A DNA stretch of 64,000 nt from Octopus vulgaris (Eukaryota), in assembly GCA_951406725.2 (NCBI GenBank), contig OX597827.1, positions 41,044,001-41,108,000 on the forward strand, written 5' to 3'. The notes below the pieces were generated by a model. It did no database searches, was not told the origin of the DNA, and was given only the letters and a program-made list of their open reading frames with translations. A program made the position numbers and the translations under genes. Below are positions 26,347-37,627 of this stretch, one piece after another; the first letter of the stretch is position 1; every line of letters starts with the position of its first letter.

Positions 26347-29300
26347 GTATGTGTTTTTGTGTCTGTGTTTGTTCCAGTTAAAAGTTTTACATTGGGATAT
26401 TCAGGTTATTGGTGGAACTGGATAGGGCACTTCCTCAGACTAGATCAAGAAAGCAATTGTATAGTGGTAGTAAAGTGGCAACCTGAGGGGAGAAGAGAAG
26501 CAGGGTTCCCCTAAAACCACATGGTGAAGGACCATTGACAAGGAAAGAAGATGAGAAGGGTGGAGAAGTTGGAATGAGTTAGAACAGTGGCAGAAAACAA
26601 AAATGGTTGAAGAGAGGAAATTAATAAAGTAAATATTACTCTATGTACATGGAGTGATAAAAATAATTGACCAAAGAACATGTACCAGCATGGCCACAGT
26701 CCAATGGCTGAAACGTGTAAAAGTGTAAACCCTGTATGCAATAATGAAATAACAAACATATTTCTATGTAAATAACAGTTCAAATTTTTTAGAGGGAGTA
26801 AAATGGTTTGTAATGGTTTATATTTCTACTGAAGACATTAGAGGTGCAAGTGATGTAAGTGGTCATATATCTAGGTATTAAAAACATGTCACAACCTTTC
26901 CTGCTGGATGCTTAACTCTTGCTGCCTGATGTTCCCCAGTGCTGCCTGACTGGCACCTGTGCCAGTGGCACGTAAGAAGCACAATTCAAGCAGGGTCGAT
27001 GCCAGTGCTACTTAATTGGCTCCAGTGCTGGTGGCATGTAAAAAGCACCCTTCAAGTGTGGTCGATGCCAGTTCCATGTGGACGATGCCAGTTCCACGTG
27101 GACGATGCCAGTTCCACCTGACTGGCCCCCATGCCAGTGGTACGTAAAAAGCACCCACTACACTCTCGCAGTGGTTTGCGTTAGGAATGGCAACCACATG
27201 TAGAAACCTTGCTAGATCAGATTGGAGCCTGGTGCAGCCTTCTGACTTGTCAGTCAAACCGTCCAACCCATGCCAGCATGGAAAACAGACATTAAATAAT
27301 GATGATGAAACAGATGTTGAGAATGACAGGTGGACTTGTTGAAAGGGTACAAGTCAAAGGTTAATTAGTTCATGTCCTACCTGCAGTGCTGTGCAGTGTC
27401 CATCCATGCATCTCTCTCCTCACCTGATGGCCCAATATCTTATAGCTATTAGTAAGTGCTACACTATAAGCAGTTGCAACACCTTAAAGCTGACAGGTGT
27501 TTCATGAATATGCAGGGCTGAGTTCAGGTTCTTCTGTGACTCATGATAGAATCACTAACAGCACAGGCTGAATTTCAATTCTAAACATTAGCTGTAGACT
27601 CAAAAACAGAAAATTATTTTCTACTCTAGACACAAGGCCTGAAATTTTGGGGGAAGGGGACAGTCAATCAGATTGACCCCAGAATGCAACTGATACTTAA
27701 TTTATCCATCCTGAAAAGATGAAAGGCAAAGTCGACCTTGGCGGAAATTGAACTCAGAACGTAAAGACAGACGAAATACCGCTAAGCATTTTGCCTGAAG
27801 TGCTAACATTTCTGCCAGCTCGCTGCCCTTCGCAAACAGAAAATTGATGCAGCAATATTGAAACACAGTCACTAGGCAGAGAAAGATTTATCTCTGATCC
27901 ATCCACTTAATACAAAGAAACCAAGATATCATGAGGATTTCAAACATCTAGCTGTGATGTTAACCCTTTCGTTACCAACCCGACTGAAACTGCCTCTGGC
28001 TCTGTCTTGTTTTCATAAGTTTTGAAATAAAATCTTCCACCAAATCTTAGTCACAATTTACGTTCCTAACACTAGCCTAATGATAACTAAGTCATTTTAC
28101 TAAATTCTTTGTTATATTTAAAGTAATTGAAAAAAAAAAAAACAGAGCATCTCAAAATAAATACAGTAATGAAAGGCTTAAAGTACTTCATTATACCACA
28201 TGGTTACTACTGTAAGTATTTTCCAATATACAAAACAAATTTTTCAGATCAAAATTTACAGCCCAAAATGGCAGATCAACATATACAACCAAGACATTGA
28301 AGGAGCAAAAATTTCATGTGAAATGTAACAAGATTTGGAAAGATAGTGAAGATGTTTGAATGCTTACACTACATGTTTACACTATATACTATATCAACTT
28401 GTATGATGGAAAATACAGTACTACAGCCATTATATAACAACCCTTGGACAAGGTATATCTTACTACTGGCCTCAGCCAAATTGTTTCTGAGAGCAGATTA
28501 AATGTTGACTTCATGGCATCAAGCTGTCAAAAAAAAAAAAGTCATAATGGGGTTTCACATCTTATGGTTTTTTTTTTTTGCATTTAGTGGTTTAATCAGA
28601 GGTGGAAGGGTAGTACTCTATATAACCTTAAGACAGGGTTTATGAGTCTAGTGAAGAAAAGGAAGGGAAAAAACTATAATTAACAGGGACATGGTCTGAA
28701 CCTTTTCAACAGAACAGATTCTGCTAAAGACGCTCAAGAGCCTGATGGTGGTGTTAAAACTAAATGACAGATTATACCTCACACACACACATGCTTATTT
28801 ACTGATGGAAAAAAACAAACAAACAAAAAAAAATGGTTTTGGCAGGTTTTAGAAAACACCAAATGTAATTCCCATTTTAAGGAGTTTCAGTTGTCACAAT
28901 AGGCTGAACAAAGTGAATGGCTACATTAAAGCACTTTTTAGTAAGCAACAGTTGGTACTATCTTCAAAACAATATCACTCCTACACAATCCAGACAAGCA
29001 TTTTAACAAAGACTGATACTCGCACATGCACACAGACACACACAATATAAAACAGCTGCAACATTAATGCAGACACTAAACTCTTTAGTCTACACCTGGC
29101 TGCCACTATTTTGCATTGAATCACAATAGATTTGATCACAGACTGTGTTTGCCAGCCTGCTCTGTTGACTCCCAATACATGCACACATCATGCGTACATG
29201 CCAGGTATTTATGTAATCAACCTCTCAGGGATGAAATACAAAGACAACTCCTAGCACGATTTGAACTCAGAGTGCGGGAAAGACGAAGGGAACTAAATAC

Positions 29301-31704
29301 TGCAGCCAACTATTTCTGCCACTCAATTGCCAATAAAAGAATAGTCTTTAATCAATGCAAAAAGTAGATTGAATAACAATATAGAAACGGACATTTCATG
29401 CTCTGATTGACACATTGTACTCTTACTTGGTTAACATCTCAGCATGCCAGAGTGTGAGAGTACAAACACAGTATCAGCAGAGACTAGCGTATAGGATATC
29501 CATGTCATAAGAACCAATGCACTGTTAATCTACTGATAGTGTCTACACCATGAAGTTCTGCTCAGTTTAAATGGTTCTAACCATAAATATTCCTCAACAC
29601 TAATAAAGATTTCTAACAAAGGCAAAAGACCACACATATCAACCTTGGTACTTGACTGGTATTTAGAGAGGATGGTATTTGCTGATACCCTCAAGATGAA
29701 AGGCAAAGTGGACCTCGGTGGGATTTGAACTCAGAATGTGAAGAGTTAGAATGAAACAATGCATTTTGTCTTGCTTTCTAATGACTGTCAACTACCTCCT
29801 ACAAGAAATGGTAATGGTGATAATGGTTTCAAGTTTTGGTATTAAGACCAGCAATTCTAAGGGAGGGGGTAAATTGATTACATTGACCCCAGCGCAGAAC
29901 TGGTACTTATTTTATCAACCCTGAAAGGATGAAAAGTAAAGCTGGTCTAAGTGGAATTTGAACTCAGAACATGAAGCTGGAAGAAATGCCACAAAGCATT
30001 TTGTCCAGCACAGGAATGATTCTACCAGCTCACTGCCTTACTCCAGACACAGTAATAATAATGATAATAGTATTGACAAACCTCTTTGTAGTTGATTGAC
30101 CAGCAAGAAATAGCAGTCAAATCTCCCACTAAATACACCCTACTGTCTTGCAAAAGGATGGAAAAAAAGTAATCCTAGATAAACTGTCTGGTAATAGATG
30201 ACATAGTCATGGTTGGAATGTCTGTACTCAGTCTCTACTTGGTTAGATGGAGCTGACTTGAGGCTAAACAATAAGATTGATACTCTTATTTCTTTGTGTC
30301 AACTCAACACCTACAAGTAAATGAGGGAATGTATACACGGTCACTATCTGTTAGAAATAGTAGCCAAATCACTTTCTATCATCTTATAAAAGAAAAAGGA
30401 AGGACACATGTGACAATTTAATCTAAGATAAACCATGTCCAAATGATAGATGGAATAATCACAGCTTCAATGCCTTTGATCATAGGTCTGCTAGATCAGA
30501 GCTGACCCAGGACAAAACCAAATGAGCATAATATTTTTAGATGGTAGACTTAACCTATCACTCAGCATGATGTTGCCATCCGGCCTGTGAGCTTGCATTT
30601 GGCAGAGTCCATTCTCTTGTAAATATTCAGGCTAAGTTTCCAGTTATCATTATCATCATCATCATTACATGCATTTGTTTCTCCATGCTATTATGGGTTG
30701 GACAAGAGTAGTCCTGAAGCATTATTGTATCGCCTCATGGCCTATTTGAGTGCCTTGGGAAAGGAAAAGGCTAAGAGTCAACCTGGTTTGCTGAGCCTAC
30801 TCTGTCACACTGGTTCAACATGGCTTAGCAAAGGGATGAAATTGTCGTCGTCATCATCATCATCATCATTTATTTATTTATACTCATACCCAGGAGTAGT
30901 TAAGTCGATTACATCAACCCCAGTGCGAAACTGGTATTTATTTTATTGACCCCCAAAAAGATGAAAGGCAAAGTCACCCTCTGAGGAATTTGAACTCAGG
31001 CAATCCAGAAAATCCTTTCACACCCTTTCAGCAACTACAGAGTTAGGTAGGGTTCTCCAGCCTTGTAAGGCAATTCACCGAGGAGAAGGCCACTCCAATG
31101 TAAAACTTACAGCTTACTGGTCACCACAGTCATCTTAGCTCATTGAGCCACTGTGGTCAAACCTCCAAATCTAAAGAGTGGGACCAGATTGTGCAGAATG
31201 CTCCTCACTTTAAAACTACTAAGTGCAAGCAGGAAGAAAAGCCCTGCAATGTCAAGAATCAGTTGACATAGTCACTCGAGGGCATGGTAATCCTCCTCGT
31301 GATCTTCAGATAAAAAAGAAAATGCCACCATCATTTTATGGCCAGATAACTTTCCTGTTTGCCAACCCATTTTTTTTTTCAGGTAAAGTATGTTTATTCC
31401 ATTGATCCTTACACACAATGAAACCACCAAGCTACAGAGCAAACTCTACAAGAAGAATATTCTTCTACCAGCCTTGGAGGACCTGAAAAGTATAAGGGAC
31501 ATCACTCTTCTGCCTCTGACTAAACTATAAAAAAATTTTTTTTTTAAATTTAAAAAAAAATGGGGAAAAAAAGAAAAACAAAAGAACAAATGAAATATGC
31601 ACCTTCTCAGAAGAAAGTTCTGGAAATGAAAGGAAATCAGGGCTACAGCCATTCTGTTCTTCTGTCAAATGCTTGGTGCTGACTTTTCTCACCTCAGCCT
31701 CCAT
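5216..31704 (-). CDS. ALLC: Allantoicase-like protein (two allantoicase repeats), 11 coding exons, 397 aa; divergent, probably non-catalytic paralog
   Basis: Manually spliced join(31603-31704,21736-21798,20070-20181,17254-17372,16328-16448,15366-15436,10503-10643,10146-10191,8392-8450,7602-7659,5216-5517) = 1194 nt, open throughout, every intron GT-AG with matching phases. Protein is colinear with allantoicases: PDF..[84 protein letters not shown]..HIWG. Symbol denotes family, not proven orthology. Confidence 0.92.
5587..6651 (-). mobile_element. Fold-back mariner derivative with 5' transposase remnant, interrupted by a SINE (5628-6035)
   Basis: TA TSDs (5585-5586, 6652-6653); inverted ends (T/C)RAGG.GAAGTCARAAATTATC extending ~200 bp. 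Minus-strand reading from ~6489: MATPLAMSTKGEQRAVIQF..V.GAKIH..L.AQ.G/frameshift/DSALPHRSVYEWIKKF..DWTSMTHEEGAGQP, a mariner N-terminal HTH region. Confidence 0.8.
7602..7659 (-). CDS. ALLC: ALLC-like coding exon 10 (VELKTGKFPGKFLAFLTID/A)
   Basis: tttccatttcag acceptor, G|gtaaag donor, 58 nt phase 0-1; positional equivalent of IEIDT.YF.GN.P....D. Confidence 0.85.
8392..8450 (-). CDS. ALLC: ALLC-like coding exon 9 (G/[19 protein letters not shown])
   Basis: gttttttccag acceptor, AAA|gtaagc donor, 59 nt phase 1-0; matches EWAVFRLAHPG.I of repeat 2. Confidence 0.9.
8880..9441 (+). repeat. Probable interspersed retro-element (family D) with (AAT)n tail
   Basis: Bounded by (AAT)n on both sides, ends CACTGCTCTCTCACTC(AAT)n; single copy in this window, so repeat status is inferred. 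Confidence 0.45.
10146..10191 (-). CDS. ALLC: ALLC-like coding exon 8 (NDQLPICESQNIFKA/G)
   Basis: ttctatcttctag acceptor, CAG|gtgtgt donor, 46 nt phase 0-1; supplies the phase needed to join exons 7 and 9. Sequence similarity alone is weak. Confidence 0.75.
10503..10643 (-). CDS. ALLC: ALLC-like coding exon 7 ([47 protein letters not shown])
   Basis: caacttacag acceptor, GAG|gtaagc donor, 141 nt phase 0-0; DL....NG..C...S starts repeat 2. Confidence 0.88.
12666..13061 (-). mobile_element. SINE family A
   Basis: Reverse-complement copy of the same consensus. Confidence 0.85.
13896..14340 (+). mobile_element. tRNA-derived SINE family A, full length
   Basis: A-box TGGC..TGG and B-box-like head, internal (TA)n, tail hairpin CAGTCaaatGACTG then (AAAGAG)n. 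Confidence 0.85.
15366..15436 (-). CDS. ALLC: ALLC-like coding exon 6 (G/[23 protein letters not shown])
   Basis: cttctctgtcag acceptor, CAG|gtgag donor, 71 nt phase 1-0; GIARLR.FG ends repeat 1. Confidence 0.95.
16328..16448 (-). CDS. ALLC: ALLC-like coding exon 5 ([40 protein letters not shown]/G)
   Basis: ttattttccag acceptor, G|gtatgt donor, 121 nt phase 0-1; W..LVP...L.PG....HN.F....WTHVRLN motif. Confidence 0.95.
16591..16795. mobile_element. mariner-type MITE
   Basis: TA-CAAAGGGGGTGCTGAAAA...TTTTCAGCACCCCTTG-TA; second copy in opposite orientation at 36788-37007. Confidence 0.75.
17254..17372 (-). CDS. ALLC: ALLC-like coding exon 4 ([40 protein letters not shown])
   Basis: ttattattag acceptor, ACG|gtatat donor, 119 nt phase 1-0; GVPG.I.G.EIDTSYF is a strong allantoicase signature. 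Confidence 0.95.
17465..18155 (+). mobile_element. Head-to-tail array of SINE family B (GAGCTGGCAGAAT head, GCCTTTCATCC core, (ATT)n tail)
   Basis: Three consecutive same-strand copies; similar arrays at 8470-8870 (-), 23100-23900 (-), 29600-30040 (-), 45070-46010 (+) and 52980-54850 (+). Confidence 0.8.
20070..20181 (-). CDS. ALLC: ALLC-like coding exon 3 ([38 protein letters not shown])
   Basis: ttttgtcccag acceptor, G|gtaagt donor, 112 nt phase 0-1; MDGW...WC.V.LG motif. Confidence 0.92.
20235..20463. mobile_element. piggyBac-type MITE
   Basis: TTAA-ACCTTTCGTTAC...GTAACAAAAGGG-TTAA; near-identical copy at 27960-28181. Confidence 0.75.
21018..21408. mobile_element. Helentron-associated (HINE/DINE-like) non-autonomous element
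   Basis: Subterminal inverted repeat ACCTCCGCCAAG / CTTGGTAGAGGT with terminal stem-loop; related ends at 46310-46683 and 52657-52967. Superfamily call is inferred from architecture. Confidence 0.5.
21736..21798 (-). CDS. ALLC: ALLC-like coding exon 2 ([21 protein letters not shown])
   Basis: ttctgtttcag acceptor, AAG|gtaaca donor, 63 nt phase 0-0; matches GGK.L.ATD.FA.AENL.K of allantoicases. Confidence 0.92.
23941..24847 (+). mobile_element. Internally deleted piggyBac transposon
   Basis: TTAA TSDs (23941-23944, 24844-24847), TIR CCCYTTAATRGAT; acidic N-terminus (MDEDLDIFSDHES..SSDSDNFSEDDKED..W) joined, with a frameshift, to a piggyBac-type Cys-rich tail (RYMCNVCKITLCVTPCFKNYHSK*); inserted in a SINE. 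Confidence 0.88.
26410..26625 (+). mobile_element. RTE/RTE-X LINE ORF2 C-terminal remnant
   Basis: WNWIGHFLR..(V)KWQPEGRREAG/frameshift/PKTTW*RTI resembles the W.W.GH.LR..W.P.G.R..GRP..TW motif of RTE-clade LINEs. Confidence 0.75.
27960..28181. mobile_element. piggyBac-type MITE
   Basis: TTAA-CCCTTTCGTTAC...GTAATGAAAGGC-TTAA. Confidence 0.75.
31603..31704 (-). CDS. ALLC: ALLC-like coding exon 1 (MEAEVRKVSTKHLTEEQNGCSPDFLSFPELSSEK)
   Basis: Acceptor ttttctttattttacag at 31718-31719; ATG at 31704 with in-frame TGA 6 nt upstream; donor AAG|gtgcat; PDF..L.SE matches the allantoicase N-terminus. The acceptor implies at least one non-coding exon further upstream. Confidence 0.85.
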
Positions 31705-32857
31705 CTTTCAGCTACATCTGTAAAATAAAGAAAAACTGTTTTTTAGATGTAAGTATATTTTGTTATTATTGCTGTTATTTCTCCTTCCAAAGCCAGCCTC
31801 AATCATGAAGAGCTATGATTTTTATTTCTTTATTGCCCAAAGAGGGCTAAACATTGAAGGGACTAACAAGGACAAAGGGATTGAGTTGATTACATCGACC
31901 CCCAGTGCATAACTAGTACTTATTTAATCAACCATGAAAGGATGAGAGGCAAAGTCAACCTTGGTGGAATTTGAACTCAGAACATAACAGCAGACGAAAT
32001 ACCGCTAAGCATTTCGCCTGGTGTGCTAACAATTCTACTAGCTCACCACCCTAAGTTTGACAACATTTTATATGTGACATCCTGCTTATTTATTATTTTT
32101 TTTTGCAACCATTATGTATCTGGTACTACAGTATGCTATCTATTATTGTCTCCATTCATGGCTACTGGCAACTATTGCTACACAAGCCAATGAGACAATT
32201 GTGTAAGTAGACACCACTAAAAAGAAAAGATGGCCACAGTCAGATCACCTTTGATCACAGATCTCATCCAGATATAAGCAACTTTTTCTAAGAAGCAAGT
32301 CACACGAGACATGACTCCTCATCAGGCAGGCCACACCACTAAATAAAAATGAGGGTAACTTTTTCATCACTGTTTGTCCATCACTGGTTGAACCAGTCAG
32401 TGTTGACCCAAGGTTTAAAAACAATACTATTCCTACAACAGTCAGCAACTATATAAACAGTTCACCAGCTACCACTATACAAATATTTTTTACTCGTTTC
32501 GGTCATTAGACTGTGGCCAGACTGGAGTGCTGCCTTGAAGAATCTTTTTCGCTGAATGAATCGAACCCAATACTTTTTTTTTTTTTCAAGCCTGGTACTT
32601 ATTCTATTGATATTTCTTGCTGAACTGCTACATTGCAGGGACGTAAACACACCAACATCGGTTGTCAAGTGGTGGTGGGGGACAAACACAAAGACACACA
32701 CACACACACGAGGGGCTTCTTTCAGTTTCTGTCAACCAAATCCTCTTACAAAGGTTTGGTCAGCTAAAGTCTTATAGTAAAAGGTACTTGCCCAAGGAGC
32801 AACAGAGTGGGACAGAACCCACCCAGAAATATATATATATGTGTGTGTGTGTGTGTG

Positions 32858-33147
32858 GAGGAACATGGCTTAGTGGTTAGAGCAGCAGACTCGTGGTCGA
32901 GGGATCGCAGGTTCGAATCTCAGACCGTGCGATGAGTGTGTTTATGAGCGAAACACCTAAGCTCCACATGGCTCCGGCAGAAAGTAATGGCGAACCTCTG
33001 CTGACTCTTTCGCCACAACTTTCTCTCACTCTCTCCTCCTGCATCTTGCAGCTCACCTGCAACGGACCAGCGTCCTGTCCAGGTGGGGAACCTATACGCC
33101 AAGGAAACCGGCCCTTATGAGCCAGGCATGGCTCAAGAAGGAACAAA
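32858..33147 (+). mobile_element. tRNA-derived SINE (family E)
   Basis: A-box TGGCTTAGTGG and B-box GGTTCGAATC followed by a non-tRNA body; related heads at ~4320-4610 (-) and ~11395-11610 (+). Confidence 0.7.
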
Positions 33148-34074
33148 CATATATATACATATATGCAGTTGCTCAACATGCTAAAAATAGCAGCCAAATT
33201 TCATACAACTCACACAACACTGACTTAAAACCAATGACACATTGGATAATGTAGTTTAAAATCAAATAGACAGGTAAAAAATATGATGATAACAGTTCGA
33301 ATGCCTTTGATCTCTAGATCTGCATGTTCAGGGTAAACCTGGGCTAAATAACAACAGCCTCAGAACAACACACTGCACAAGAAACAGAGCACACATCACA
33401 CACGCACACTCGAATAAGGCAACCTCTATGTGGTTGTTTGAGCAACTAGAAATAACAACCAAATTTCCCAGGAATCACACCCAACTATCTTTAGAAAATG
33501 AGGAATGGAGACAATGAATAATGAATGTTGTCCTAGATACAATATTCATGAAAATAAAAAGGATGATCATGTTTGGTACACCACACCACTGATTAAAGGT
33601 TTGCTTGATTGGGACTAACCCTGGGCTAACAACAGCAAAGCATACACTGCAGGACCTAACATTTTCTGTCCAGGCTGAAAGAGCCTCTTTGAGTAAGCCT
33701 GAACTGTTAGAAAGAGCAGCCAAATCTCTCTCTAGACATATATTATTTTGAAGAGGGAAAGAGCACGTTAAATAATGAAGAACTACACAGTTCTAAAAAA
33801 TGACAGGATGGTCGTGGATGGAATACCTGTGATCTGCTCAAACAGGACTGAACAGCTAAACAACTGCTACTACTACAACTACTGATGTTGCAACTGCTGC
33901 TGCTACTACTACTACTGGACAATGAAGGAATTTCTACTTGGTTTCATGAACCTAAAAATAGCAGCCAAACCTTAGTCTTAAAATAAAAGAAGGACACATT
34001 GGGCAATATGTTCTAGATCTGAAAAATGATGAGATGGTCATCCTTGATCTAAGCTAATCTGGGGTATTAACTCA

Positions 34075-34117
34075 CTACTACTACTACACATCAACTTACT
34101 ACTACTACACATCAACT

Positions 34118-34153
<36 letters not shown>

Positions 34154-34360
34154 ACATCAACTTACCACTACTACTACTACAACACTTCAACTTACTACTA
34201 CTACACTTCAACTTACTACTACTACTACTACACTTCAACTTACTACTACTACTACTACACTTCAACTTACTACTACTACTACTACTACACTTCAACTTAC
34301 TACTACTACTACTACTACTACACTTCAACTTACTACTACTACTACTACTACACTTCAACT

Positions 34361-34394
<34 letters not shown>

Positions 34395-34430
34395 GCAGCA
34401 GCAGCAGCAGCAGCTGCTGCTACTGCTTCC
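34075..34430. repeat. Compound minisatellite CAC(A/T)TCAACT(TAC)n, about 10 units, followed by (CAG)n
   Basis: Read directly; source of the KLKCSSSS ORF. Confidence 0.9.
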
Positions 34431-34895
34431 TATCTAATATTTTCAACTGTTTATGTATGTTCTGTGTGTTTATCTATGTATGTAGGTCACTGTCTGTGAG
34501 AATGCTGTACTGACTGTATGTGTAACTGCATTCGATGTGTGTGTGTGTGTGTGTGTTTGTATGTTTGTGTGATGATGTTGCAGGAACTGCATACATATGA
34601 ATGGCTGCACTGTGTGTGTGTATGTGTATGTGTGAGATTGGACTGTAAGTGCCCAAGAATGATGTTATGTGTGAGTAATTATGTGTCTCATGTGATTATA
34701 TGCGTATTTTCTGTGTATGACTAGACTGTATGGCTATAAAGAATGTGTGTGTGTGAGTGAGAGAGAGATTATATGCTGGTCTTGGGTGTGTGTGTGTGTG
34801 TGTGCGTGAGCTCATGTGTGCTTGTGTGTGTGTGTGTGAGAGAGAGATTATATGCGTGTCTTGGATGTGTGTGTTTGAGAGATTATATGCTTGTC

Positions 34896-34935
<40 letters not shown>

Positions 34936-35839
34936 ATTTGTGTGAGTGAAAGAGAGAGAGAGAGAGATTATATACTTGTCTTGTGTGTATGTGATTATAT
35001 GCTGGCCTTAGGTGTGTGTATGCATGTGATTATATGCTGGTCTTGGATGTAAATGACTGTGGTGTGTGGGTGTGTGTGTGTGTGTGTGTGTGTGTGACTA
35101 CACTGTGTGCGTCCCAGAATGATGTTTAGTTCGAATGTGTGATTAATATACATATCTTGAGTGTATATCTATGTGTGTGACTAGGCTGTGACTATGTGCC
35201 CAAGAATGTCGTAGTGTGTGAGAGAGAGACCAAGCTGTGACTGTATGTGTCCAAAAATGCTGCTGCTATTGTGTGTGTGTGTGTATACATACAGTGTTAC
35301 CCATGAGAATCAAAGTGTTACAGCATAAGTATGGCATCATTAGGTATTTATGTGGGTTACTGTATGCATCACTGCAACTATGTTATGACTGTATCTGTAT
35401 ACACACACACGTGTGTGTGTGTGTGTGTATTTATGTATGGCTACATGGTTCAGTCCCACTGTGTGGCACCTTGGGCTGACCAAAGCCTTGTGAGTGATTT
35501 GGTAGGCAGAAACTGAAAGAAGCTCATTGTACATACATATATATGCACACACACACACACACACATATATATCTATGTGTGTGTGTTTTTGTGACTGTTT
35601 GCCCCCATCACAGCTTGACAACCGGTGTTGGTACATTTATATCCCTGTAAGTTAGCAGTTCGGTAAAAGAGAGCAATGGGATAAGTACTAGGCTTAACAA
35701 ATAAGTCCTGGGGTCAATTTGTCTGACTAAAAACCTTCAAGGTGGTGCCCCTGCATGGCCACAGTCATATGACTGAAACAAGTACAAGAATAAAAGAATA
35801 TCCCCATGTATGTCTATGACTATGTTTGTTATAACCCAA

Positions 35840-35886
<47 letters not shown>

Positions 35887-36787
35887 GAGATCCTCATCCT
35901 CATCATTTTGCATCCAATTTTCCATGCTTGCAAGGGTGAGACAGAATTGGTTGAGGCAGAATTTCTATGTCTGGATGTCCTTACTGTTGCCAACCCTCAC
36001 CAGTTTCCAAGCAAGGTAATACCTCCCCCACAGCCAGACATGTTTCCATGGGAAACTGGAAATGAACGACCTTGCTTATATGATAGTGGTGCTCATTTAC
36101 AACCATCACATAATGTCTAGGCAAGTGTATACACACACACACACACACACGATAGGCTTCTTTCAGTTTCCATCTACCAAATTCACTACCAGGGCTTTGG
36201 CTGGCCTGGGGCTATAATTGTAGATACTTGCATCCAAAGTGCTGTGCAGTGGAACTGAACCCAAAACCACATGGTTGGGAAACAAGCTTCTTAATAACAC
36301 AGCCACGCCTGTGCCTACATACATGGAGACAGACAGACAGACAGACAGATAGCATTGGTTGTGTATATGTGATTATAATATATGTGTAATGACTGATGTA
36401 TATGTGTATTCCATTCCTTTATTTGTATCAGCCACTGTACTATGGCCATGCTACAGCAATCAAACTGATCCCAGTATTCTTATCCTTCTCTTTCTGCCAA
36501 ACAGCCTAGTTATGGGAACATAAACAAACCAGCATTGGGGGGATAAACACAAAGGCAGGAGCACACACACACACACACACACAAGAAACAGGACAAGACA
36601 TACGCGTATACATGTGACAGGCTTTCACACAGTTTCCCTTCTACCAAATTCACTTATGAGAAATTGCTACGCCCAGGAACAGAGTAGATGAAACATGCTC
36701 AAGGTACCACATAGTGGGACTGAATCTGAAACCACATGAATGCAGAACAAACATCCACATCACACAGCTAGCAGTAGAAGACATATA

Positions 36788-37007
36788 CGAGCAGGTCCTG
36801 AAGAGTTCCTGGTTTTAAGGGTATTGCGGAAAGCCTGGAAGGAGGCCCATCTTCTGAATTCTTTTACAGGGCTTAGAAAAACAGAAGGTCTGCTGCAATA
36901 AGTGTGTGAATCTGAGAAGGGGATATGTTGAATAAAATCATAATTAACTGATCCTCCTGTATTTTCTTTTACCCAAAGCCAGGAACTTTTCAGCACCCCC
37001 TCCCCTG
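36788..37007. mobile_element. mariner-type MITE
   Basis: Reverse-orientation homolog of 16591-16795, flanked by TA. Confidence 0.7.
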
Positions 37008-37196
37008 TATGTATGTATGTATGCATGCGTGTATAACAGCCTGTGACAATATTGTGATTGTAAATGGCAGTATTGGGTGTGTGATTAAACTTGTCACTGA
37101 AATAATGATACAACAGCAGATCAGCAGATTATATCTACCCAGCCTCTCTCTCATATATATATGTGTGTATGTGTGTGTGTATGTGTGTGTGTGTGT

Positions 37197-37233
<37 letters not shown>

Positions 37234-37358
37234 CATACATATATATACACATACATACATGTATATACACATACATACATACATACATACATGTATATAT
37301 ACATACATGTATATACACATACACACATACATGTATATACATACATGTATATACACAT

Positions 37359-37399
<41 letters not shown>

Positions 37400-37431
37400 C
37401 ACACTGCCACATGGGGCATATATGTATGAGA

Positions 37432-37473
<42 letters not shown>

Positions 37474-37584
37474 CGGTGGACTCAGTATGGCCAAATGGTA
37501 AAGAGGTTCTCATTAAGCAATCACGAGATCCCAGGGTCAATCCTATATGCAGCATCTCAGCCAAGTATCCCTCTCTCTCTTTAT

Positions 37585-37621
<37 letters not shown>

Positions 37622-37627
37622 AAATAC

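Noticed and set aside
32865-32935. tRNA-like A and B boxes
   Set aside because: No complete cloverleaf or terminator; continues into a SINE body.
34075-34395. Repeat-spacer pattern resembling a CRISPR array (also the SINE subrepeats at 5800-6030 and 26940-27150)
   Set aside because: Spacers are microsatellite or mutually similar, there are no cas genes, and the context is eukaryotic.
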